DNA of 40,375 bases. Source: Macrostomum lignano (Eukaryota). Where the stretch lies: the NCBI GenBank assembly GCA_002269645.1, contig NIVC01004621.1, positions 1-40,375 of the forward strand, in the 5' to 3' direction. This document shows, in pieces, positions 30,530 to 40,375 of this stretch (positions are counted from its first letter, which is position 1; each line of letters begins with the position of its first letter). Position numbers and translations under genes: made by a program. The notes beneath the pieces are model-generated. The model ran no database searches. It was not told the DNA's origin and saw nothing but the letters and a program-made list of their open reading frames with translations.

Positions 30530-32149
30530 AAATGGTACAACATTAAGATTAAAGTTGTCTTTCGCACTATACCAATTAAAGTTGGCCAATACACATTGCA
30601 GACTCAAATCCAGTGTTACACGCGCCCTATCTGCAGGTGTCGTTTACAAATTTACTTTGTTCTGTTGAACACAGAACATTTCCTGCATATTAGGGTGAAT
30701 TGGAGCATTGCCTAAAAACGATGGGGTCGTAGTATAAAGCTGTCGTAGCGTAAGTTCGATCGTACGTCGAAACTTTTACACTGCGGAGATAGGAGCTAAG
30801 AACGATCTTATCTTTCGATGGCTTTATAGAACGGGCTCGATATCTGCATGTTATTCAGGACCATCTGCTGGCTTGCAAACAGTGTTGTGAGAGCGAACAA
30901 ATTGACTAAAAATACTGGAATCGATGCATGTTAAAAAACCTGTAATCTCAATACATGTACTCAATTAATTAATTGCAACACAGCAGTGGTGCGGGCCTGC
31001 TGAGGGTGCAGTTGAAAGTGGGAGCACTCTCAACTACAACTACAATAATGTACATGCATGTACTGACTTTACAACCGGACTTCTTTTTTCTCTATACCCT
31101 TGACATGCACATTGGATTGTACAGTACGTGAAATGTTTGCTTCAATGTTCAACTTTGCTTGTTTGAACCTGATCAACCAAATAATTTATTATTTATTGAA
31201 CAATAATCCAAATAAACAGTTCGCCCTGTTGATAACTAAAGTTTGTCGAAAAGCGTCGGAAAAGCAATAAATGTTGATCTTTTCTATTTTTATTACAATC
31301 TAAATATACTAAATTCTTACTATCCTTAAGTTTACACAAAATCCCATTTTAATTTTCGATCCTATCTGAGGAATCGGCTATTGAGTCATCATATTAAAAA
31401 ATAATTTATTGAACCAAATTATTTATTGGACGATTATTTAAACTTCAGCTCGTAATTAATTCGGAGTCCCTAATTATCCCCTTTAGCTTGTTCTCTTCTA
31501 TCCCAGGTCCAATTTTTGTCACTTTTTTGCCAAATCCAGCTTAATTCCTGTTGTCACTGTGAGCAGAATGACGTATCATTTGTGTACATAGGTTACTCGG
31601 GCTCCACTTAATGAGCTTAAGTTGACAGGCCCTTTAATCCCATAAAATTCCGGTCGTCGGATTTCGACAACAAGATTTCCCGAAACACGGTGTGTGTGGA
31701 CTGTTTTCGGTTGGGTCGCCGCCCTACACAGTCCAATTATGCTCTAATGGTCCTATAACTGTATGATACTGATACTTTCCGGCGTTGGGACGCACTGAGT
31801 AGTAAAACTGCATGGGCCAGGCGTTGGGATGCACTGGACTGTCGTTGCCTTGCCTGGTGTTGGGGCGCACTGCTACTCGGCCTGGTCACAGTGTGCATAC
31901 AACAAACAGCGCTTACCAGTGGTCAATCAGTCGAAACGATCGGGTCGAGCTTGCATGCTTTTATATTTGGCTGCTGGATCTCTAATCTCTAGCTTTGCAA
32001 GGTCTATATCTGAATATATTCTCTAATCTCTGTCTAGCTTTCTCCGCGCTTCGTCTAAATTTAGTTTGGAATACAACCGCGCAGAAAGGAAAAAGATGAG
32101 CCTTCTCTAGGGTACATGTAAAGTGAGACGCATTACATGTACCACAAAA

Positions 32150-32400
32150 CCGGCTTAGAGGCAGAGCTGAAAAGGGGTGAGTAGTAACAGAGAGGAAAGC
32201 CTCGCCCAGCCAATCGGAGCTGCCCAGCGCAGCAGCTAACACAGCCGAAGAACGACCAATCAGGCCGCGAGGGGATCAGGGGGGAGGGCGAGGTTCAAAC
32301 AAAGGGCCGGAGCATGCCACCCCAAACCAGCCAGAACTGGTCAACCGGGGAGGCCGCCCCAGACAATGGGTAGAAGCACAAAAAACAAGTGCATAACGCC
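32150..32400. promoter_or_regulatory. GC-rich promoter-like island with two CCAAT boxes (second copy about 36950-37200)
   Basis: AGCCAATCGG and GACCAATCAG plus G-rich GGGGAGGGCG in an otherwise AT-rich unit; no linked ORF. Confidence 0.35.
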
Positions 32401-33503
32401 CCAAGCGACTGAAATTGTGATGATTGCAGGGATTGATTGTAAGTGTCGTGCAGATCTTGCGCACGTATTGACAATTGGTGAAAATTGAATTGAAATTATC
32501 GAAAATTATTTTGAAAATTTAATTCAATGAGGTATTGGAATTATTTTAACATAGTCATAATTTTTTACAATATAATGTGCCGGAACTTTGTTTTTATTGA
32601 TTGCCAGTCTCTAGTTAAATGTATTGAAAAATAGCTAGGCATTTGATAATGATAGCAGTCTGATAGCAGTTTTAATAATTCGAAAAAATACTAACGTGGT
32701 ATCCTCTAAAAACATGACAATTAAATATAGATAGTTGTTTTACTTTTTATTTTCCTAAATCGGTCTAACTTAACTTTTCGAATTGCGTCGCCGAAGAAAG
32801 TTGATCTATGCGATTGGCAGGCAGGCAGGCAGGCGGCGCGGCGGCCCTGTGATATTTTTCGTTATCTCATCCTTCAACTAGTTCTTTGAACTAGTTGAAA
32901 AAACTTCTAGTTCTTTTGTTAAGATTTATGTTTTGTATATTTCAAAAAGTCTGTCAAAAGATTAATATATATTTAGAAAAGATATCAAACTAACTAGGCC
33001 CTACCTATCATATTATTAATATTTTGGTTTTATGCAGATCGTTTTTAATTTGTCCTAGAATATTCAGGTACATAAACATAGATGGTCCTCATAAAATGCC
33101 TACCAGGAAAAAACATGGAAAATGTTTACCAAATTTGGAAAATGTACTACTGTATAATTGCAATGCAATTGTCTAATGGCCCATTCCATATAAGATGGAC
33201 ATATTTGGAAAATAGAAAAAGTCAATATTTTTGCTTGTCATTGCCTTATCAGCCAATTTTTTTTACCAAATTTTTTTGTATATAATTTATACAATCTAAG
33301 AATAAATAAATGTTAAAATGTTGGATTAGGCCTAGTAGTGTGTTAGTTATCAATTGGCATTAATTTATTTTTGTAAAAAATAGACATTTTCTAAGCAAAA
33401 GACATCATTATAAGTTTATGTACCTTTTAAAAACAAATAGAAAGTTTTGAAAGGTTAAAACAAACTATATAAAATTATAATACTTGCATCATCAAATAAA
33501 AAC

Positions 33504-33908
33504 GGCAATGTCCTAGTTTCCCGCATTAAATTATTTTGACCCAAAATTTAAAATGAACAAACAAAAGCAAGTTTATTAAAAGTTTAAAATGAGTCTTAGG
33601 TCTTAAAAGGAGTATTACACGGTGTAGTTATGTGTCAGCCAGTACAGAAAGCTTCCTGACGATGGCTGCAGTTCCATGAGTTTGCTATTAGATGATAGGT
33701 TGCCAGCCAATGCATAGTCGACTCAGCATCAACTGTCAACAGTACCAGATTGCAGTGACTGATCTCAAGGTCACAGAGGTCAGTTGATGGCTGCAAATTA
33801 GCAGGAGGTATGATATTTGTAGTGCTCAAGGTCATCTTACCATGATTTGTGCTGAAAATGACAAAAATTGGGTCAAAATAATTTAACGCAGGAAACTAGG
33901 ACATTGCC
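33504..33908. mobile_element. Merlin- or MULE-like MITE, 405 bp
   Basis: About 40-bp TIRs starting GGCAATGTCCTAG and an 8-bp TSD ATAAAAAC (33496-33503, 33909-33916). Confidence 0.8.
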
Positions 33909-34794
33909 ATAAAAACATTAGCAACTATATAATCTATTATATTTTTAATATATTAGTACTTCAAAGTTACTGAATTGACAGAAAAAATATGTTATGACCA
34001 TAATGTTACAACCATAAGGCTGCCTTTTATTTTGTATCTTTGTTGCCTTTTTGAGTTTATATATTCTAATAAAAGAGTATGATTTTTAAAGATGTTCTTA
34101 GTTTTTTTTTTAAAAATATTGCAAAATATGAAAAATGAAAAATGTTATAAGACTTTTACCTTTTAGTTTCTTAATGTCAAAAATCTTGTTGTTACGACCA
34201 TAAGTGCTATTCAAGGTTTAATAGCATCTATACTAATGATGATATCTATATGAAACTTTATGAACATATATTCTTGACAAAATAATCTTTCATTCAAAAT
34301 ATTGGTTTAGTATATTCTATTATTAGATTTCATTTTATAAGTAAAACAGTCTGTCATGTTACGACCATAATTATATGGAATGGCCTTAATAGTCAATGAC
34401 TGTAGTCTATATATGTAAGAAGCAGAATGCCAATAGCTATTTTTATAGTCATAGGAAGAAATTTTGTGTACATTAATAGTTAACAATTACATTGAGTAAG
34501 TTTAGTTAATGTTGAGGGCAAGAACTAGGCCTATTAGAAAATTAAATTACCATTAAGGGCCTTTATTAAAGTATTAAAAGCATAGGCCTATTATATAATT
34601 CTTCTAAAATTCAAAAGCATTTATTATTATTTGCATTCCATGTTACTTGCTAAATTTAGATAATATTTGTTTTTTTATGTATTGACTATAAAAATAACCA
34701 TTTTGCTATTTATATGGTCATAGTAACAATAGCAACTGCCAAAACTTAGGCCCTATGACAATGATTCCAATGAAATAGATAGATAAGATAGTAA

Positions 34795-34845
34795 GGGGGC
34801 CATAGCCCAGCGGTAGCGCAGCTGCTCTGGTGTGCCAGCGACCCA
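34795..34845 (+). mobile_element. Truncated SINE head at the repeat junction (second copy 39594-39644)
   Basis: GGGGGCCATAGCCCAGCGGTAGCGC...GCGACCCA is fused directly to a 44-bp stub of the P-like TIR. Confidence 0.8.
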
Positions 34846-34966
34846 AGAAACAAAGTGTCCCGTCCTTCTTCTTCTAGTGGTCCTTGGTCTTGCCGTTCTA
34901 TGGTCTATCATGTTCTAACCTCTTGAAAGCAATAGGGAAAAGCCTTCCGCAAATGGTACAACATTA

Positions 34967-35329
34967 GGGGGGCCGTAGCCCAGCGGTAGCGCATGCACGT
35001 TGCTCTGGTGTGCCAGCGACCCAGGCTCGATTCCAAGTGCAGTCACATTAATTTGGGGCTGAATTGGAATCTTAGCTTGGCTCTGCTCGTGCAATTAACA
35101 GCCTTGAGAGCCAACCCCCCAAGGTGCAGTGAAGTGTACATGCTTAATGATAATATAAAGTTAGGGCCGCTGTACACTCCTGTGTGAGTGTGTGCCTGCG
35201 TACGTATCCGCGCGCTTGTATGCCTGCTCAGGGGAGTCGGCGGAATGGGAAGTAATGCCTCTCGCCGGTTGTGTGCCTATGTCGCTTAAAGTGCGCCAGG
35301 GTGCACACAACCCCCTGCCTCTAATAAAA
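34967..35329 (+). mobile_element. Full-length tRNA-derived SINE (hybrid copy)
   Basis: Same A/B boxes, tail and 16-bp TSD (34951-34966, 35330-35345) as the 30163 copy. Confidence 0.88.
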
Positions 35330-38303
35330 AAATGGTACAACATTAAGATTAAAGTTGTCTTTCGCACTATACCAATTAAAGTTGGCCAATACACATTGCA
35401 GACTCAAATCCAGTGTTACACGCGCCCTATCTGCAGGTGTCGTTTACAAATTTACTTTGTTCTGTTGAACACAGAACATTTCCTGCATATTAGGGTGAAT
35501 TGGAGCATTGCCTAAAAACGATGGGGTCGTAGTATAAAGCTGTCGTAGCGTAAGTTCGATCGTACGTCGAAACTTTTACACTGCGGAGATAGGAGCTAAG
35601 AACGATCTTATCTTTCGATGGCTTTATAGAACGGGCTCGATATCTGCATGTTATTCAGGACCATCTGCTGGCTTGCAAACAGTGTTGTGAGAGCGAACAA
35701 ATTGACTAAAAATACTGGAATCGATGCATGTTAAAAAACCTGTAATCTCAATACATGTACTCAATTAATTAATTGCAACACAGCAGTGGTGCGGGCCTGC
35801 TGAGGGTGCAGTTGAAAGTGGGAGCACTCTCAACTACAACTACAATAATGTACATGCATGTACTGACTTTACAACCGGACTTCTTTTTTCTCTATACCCT
35901 TGACATGCACATTGGATTGTACAGTACGTGAAATGTTTGCTTCAATGTTCAACTTTGCTTGTTTGAACCTGATCAACCAAATAATTTATTATTTATTGAA
36001 CAATAATCCAAATAAACAGTTCGCCCTGTTGATAACTAAAGTTTGTCGAAAAGCGTCGGAAAAGCAATAAATGTTGATCTTTTCTATTTTTATTACAATC
36101 TAAATATACTAAATTCTTACTATCCTTAAGTTTACACAAAATCCCATTTTCATTTTCGATCCTATCTGAGGAATCGGCTATTGAGTCATCATATTAAAAA
36201 ATAATTTATTGAACCAAATTATTTATTGGACGATTATTTAAACTTCAGCTCGTAATTAATTCGGAGTCCCTAATTATCCCCTTTAGCTTGTTCTCTTCTA
36301 TCCCAGGTCCAATTTTTGTCACTTTTTTGCCAAATCCAGCTTAATTCCTGTTGTCACTGTGAGCAGAATGACGTATCATTTGTGTACATAGGTTACTCGG
36401 GCTCCACTTAATGAGCTTAAGTTGACAGGCCCTTTAATCCCATAAAATTCCGGTCGTCGGATTTCGACAACAAGATTTCCCGAAACACGGTGTGTGTGGA
36501 CTGTTTTCGGTTGGGTCGCCGCCCTACACAGTCCAATTATGCTCTAATGGTCCTATAACTGTATGATACTGATACTTTCCGGCGTTGGGACGCACTGAGT
36601 AGTAAAACTGCATGGGCCAGGCGTTGGGATGCACTGGACTGTCGTTGCCTTGCCTGGTGTTGGGGCGCACTGCTACTCGGCCTGGTCACAGTGTGCATAC
36701 AACAAACAGCGCTTACCAGTGGTCAATCAGTCGAAACGATCGGGTCGAGCTTGCATGCTTTTATATTTGGCTGCTGGATCTCTAATCTCTAGCTTTGCAA
36801 GGTCTATATCTGAATATATTCTCTAATCTCTGTCTAGCTTTCTCCGCGCTTCGTCTAAATTTAGTTTGGAATACAACCGCGCAGAAAGGAAAAAGATGAG
36901 CCTTCTCTAGGGTACATGTAAAGTGAGACGCATTACATGTACCACAAAACCGGCTTAGAGGCAGAGCTGAAAAGGGGTGAGTAGTAACAGAGAGGAAAGC
37001 CTCGCCCAGCCAATCGGAGCTGCCCAGCGCAGCAGCTAACACAGCCGAAGAACGACCAATCAGGCCGCGAGGGGGATCAGGGGGAGGGCGAGGTTCAAAC
37101 AAAGGGCCGGAGCATGCCACCCCAAACCAGCCAGAACTGGTCAACCGGGGAGGCCGCCCCAGACAATGGGTAGAAGCACAAAAAACAAGTGCATAACGCC
37201 CCAAGCGACTGAAATTGTGATGATTGCAGGGATTGATTGTAAGTGTCGTGCAGATCTTGCGCACGTATTGACAATTGGTGAAAATTGAATTGAAATTATC
37301 GAAAATTATTTTGAAAATTTAATTCAATGAGGTATTGGAATTATTTTAACATAGTCATAATTTTTTACAATATAATGTGCCGGAACTTTGTTTTTATTGA
37401 TTGCCAGTCTCTAGTTAAATGTATTGAAAAATAGCTAGGCATTTGATAATGATAGCAGTCTGATAGCAGTTTTAATAATTCGAAAAAATACTAACGTGGT
37501 ATCCTCTAAAAACATGACAATTAAATATAGATAGTTGTTTTACTTTTTATTTTCCTAAATCGGTCTAACTTAACTTTTCGAATTGCGTCGCCGAAGAAAG
37601 TTGATCTATGCGATTGGCAGGCAGGCAGGCAGGCGGCGCGGCGGCCCTGTGATATTTTTCGTTATCTCATCCTTCAACTAGTTCTTTGAACTAGTTGAAA
37701 AAACTTCTAGTTCTTTTGTTAAGATTTATGTTTTGTATATTTCAAAAAGTCTGTCAAAAGATTAATATATATTTAGAAAAGATATCAAACTAACTAGGCC
37801 CTACCTATCATATTATTAATATTTTGGTTTTATGCAGATCGTTTTTAATTTGTCCTAGAATATTCAGGTACATAAACATAGATGGTCCTCATAAAATGCC
37901 TACCAGGAAAAAACATGGAAAATGTTTACCAAATTTGGAAAATGTACTACTGTATAATTGCAATGCAATTGTCTAATGGCCCATTCCATATAAGATGGAC
38001 ATATTTGGAAAATAGAAAAAGTCAATATTTTTGCTTGTCATTGCCTTATCAGCCAATTTTTTTTACCAAATTTTTTTGTATATAATTTATACAATCTAAG
38101 AATAAATAAATGTTAAAATGTTGGATTAGGCCTAGTAGTGTGTTAGTTATCAATTGGCATTAATTTATTTTTGTAAAAAATAGACATTTTCTAAGCAAAA
38201 GACATCATTATAAGTTTATGTACCTTTTAAAAACAAATAGAAAGTTTTGAAAGGTTAAAACAAACTATATAAAATTATAATACTTGCATCATCAAATAAA
38301 AAC

Positions 38304-38708
38304 GGCAATGTCCTAGTTTCCCGCATTAAATTATTTTGACCCAAAATTTAAAATGAACAAACAAAAGCAAGTTTATTAAAAGTTTAAAATGAGTCTTAGG
38401 TCTTAAAAGGAGTATTACACGGTGTAGTTATGTGTCAGCCAGTACAGAAAGCTTCCTGACGATGGCTGCAGTTCCATGAGTTTGCTATTAGATGATAGGT
38501 TGCCAGCCAATGCATAGTCGACTCAGCATCAACTGTCAACAGTACCAGATTGCAGTGACTGATCTCAAGGTCACAGAGGTCAGTTGATGGCTGCAAATTA
38601 GCAGGAGGTATGATATTTGTAGTGCTCAAGGTCATCTTACCATGATTTGTGCTGAAAATGACAAAAATTGGGTCAAAATAATTTAACGCAGGAAACTAGG
38701 ACATTGCC
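38304..38708. mobile_element. Merlin- or MULE-like MITE, duplicated copy
   Basis: Same sequence as 33504-33908 at +4800. Confidence 0.8.
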
Positions 38709-39765
38709 ATAAAAACATTAGCAACTATATAATCTATTATATTTTTAATATATTAGTACTTCAAAGTTACTGAATTGACAGAAAAAATATGTTATGACCA
38801 TAATGTTACAACCATAAGGCTGCCTTTTATTTTGTATCTTTGTTGCCTTTTTGAGTTTATATATTCTAATAAAAGAGTATGATTTTTAAAGATGTTCTTA
38901 GTTTTTTTTTAAAAATATTGCAAAATATGAAAAATGAAAAATGTTATAAGACTTTTACCTTTTAGTTTCTTAATGTCAAAAATCTTGTTGTTACGACCAT
39001 AAGTGCTATTCAAGGTTTAATAGCATCTATACTAATGATGATATCTATATGAAACTTTATGAACATATATTCTTGACAAAATAATCTTTCATTCAAAATA
39101 TTGGTTTAGTATATTCTATTATTAGATTTCATTTTATAAGTAAAACAGTCTGTCATGTTACGACCATAATTATATGGAATGGCCTTAATAGTCAATGACT
39201 GTAGTCTATATATGTAAGAAGCAGAATGCCAATAGCTATTTTTATAGTCATAGGAAGAAATTTTGTGTACATTAATAGTTAACAATTACATTGAGTAAGT
39301 TTAGTTAATGTTGAGGGCAAGAACTAGGCCTATTAGAAAATTAAATTACCATTAAGGGCCTTTATTAAAGTATTAAAAGCATAGGCCTATTATATAATTC
39401 TTCTAAAATTCAAAAGCATTTATTATTATTTGCATTCCATGTTACTTGCTAAATTTAGATAATATTTGTTTTTTTATGTATTGACTATAAAAATAACCAT
39501 TTTGCTATTTATATGGTCATAGTAACAATAGCAACTGCCAAAACTTAGGCCCTATGACAATGATTCCAATGAAATAGATAGATAAGATAGTAAGGGGGCC
39601 ATAGCCCAGCGGTAGCGCAGCTGCTCTGGTGTGCCAGCGACCCAAGAAACAAAGTGTCCCGTCCTTCTTCTTCTAGTGGTCCTTGGTCTTGCCGTTCTAT
39701 GGTCTATCATGTTCTAACCTCTTGAAAGCAATAGGGAAAAGCCTTCCGCAAATGGTACAACATTA

Positions 39766-40064
39766 GGGGGGCCGTAGCCCAGCGGTAGCGCATGCACGTT
39801 GCTCTGGTGTGCCAGCGACCCAGGCTCGATTCCAAGTGCAGTCACATTAATTTGGGGCTGAATTGGAATCTTAGCTTGGCTCTGCTTGTGCAATTAACAG
39901 CCTTGAGAGCCAACCCCCCAAGGTGCAGTGAAGTGTACATGCTTAATGATAATATAAAGTTAGGGCCGCTGTAACTCCTGTGTGAGTGTGTGCCTGCGTA
40001 CGTATCCGCGCGCTTGTATGCCTGCTCAGGGGAGTTGGTGGAATAGACAGTAATGCCTCTCGCC
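39766..40064 (+). mobile_element. tRNA-derived SINE interrupted before its 3' stem
   Basis: Matches the other copies up to CTCGCC (40064), then switches to unrelated sequence. Confidence 0.85.
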
Positions 40065-40375
40065 CAGTGGTGTGATTCAGGCGCGAATTCGCGCCAGGCG
40101 CGAAAATGGCGCGAATGCGCGAATCCTGGGGGTCTGGCGCGAAATTTTGTGGAACCATGGGCGCGAAAATTGCATTCTTATTTTCTGCTTTTTACACTTA
40201 TTCTCTTGTCAGACAGTATGAAATACAAGAATGTCATAGCTTAGGAGATTAATCTAACAAACTGAGTTCAATCTCAGGCGTCAGCAGCAGAATGTGCAGA
40301 AGAAGAAACAGAAGAAGGCAGGGAAGCTAGCTGCAGCTCGTCTTAAAGCGCAAGGCTGCTGAGCTGCTGTCAACG
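40065..40375. mobile_element. Putative left end of a hAT-like DNA transposon
   Basis: Begins CAGTGGTG exactly where SINE homology stops, followed by six subterminal GCGCGAA motifs. The other end and TSD are outside the window. Confidence 0.55.

Larger units (their letters stand above)
30039..40064 (+). repeat. Tandem segmental duplication, ~4.8-kb unit, two full copies plus a partial third
   Basis: Units 30039-34842, 34843-39641 and 39642-40064. Identical short ORFs recur at offsets of 4799-4804 bp. No long ORF in the unit. Confidence 0.97.

Noticed and set aside
30723-30775. tRNA gene (GGGGTCGTAGTATAAAG...GTTCGATC)
   Set aside because: A-to-B box spacing is too short and no cloverleaf forms. 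The SINE heads are likewise not functional tRNAs.
27190-40064. Hammerhead ribozyme or Penelope-type repeat in the GC islands or 4.8-kb unit; protein-coding content in the unit
   Set aside because: No CUGANGA...GAAA core with pairing stems was found by eye. ORFs in the unit are short, motif-free and recur only because of the duplication.

Overview
Eukaryotic (invertebrate metazoan-like) genomic DNA with spliceosomal GT-AG introns; the species cannot be determined from the sequence. The main feature is a ~21 kb plus-strand RNF213/mysterin-like giant AAA+ ATPase gene (proposed exons 1620-1659, 2056-2476, 2635-3352, 5626-5694, 5778-7819, 8423-19231, 21199-21864, 22407-22469; about 4,940 aa if four single-base frameshifts are repaired). 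It keeps the AAA Walker motifs and a recognisable C-terminal domain, but appears to lack the RING finger, has a degenerate RZ finger and has an unusual N-terminus. Downstream lies a three-domain F-type (fucose-binding) lectin gene whose third domain carries an in-frame TAA. The rest is transposon-rich: a partial mariner transposase, a MULE/foldback element, Harbinger, hAT and Merlin/MULE-like MITEs, a tRNA-derived SINE family, and a set of P-superfamily relics (decayed transposase, 678-bp MITE, two ~50-bp elements resembling excision footprints). The window ends in a near-identical 4.8-kb tandem duplication that appears to have arisen by unequal crossover inside a SINE. All family assignments are by eye from recalled motifs; no searches were run.
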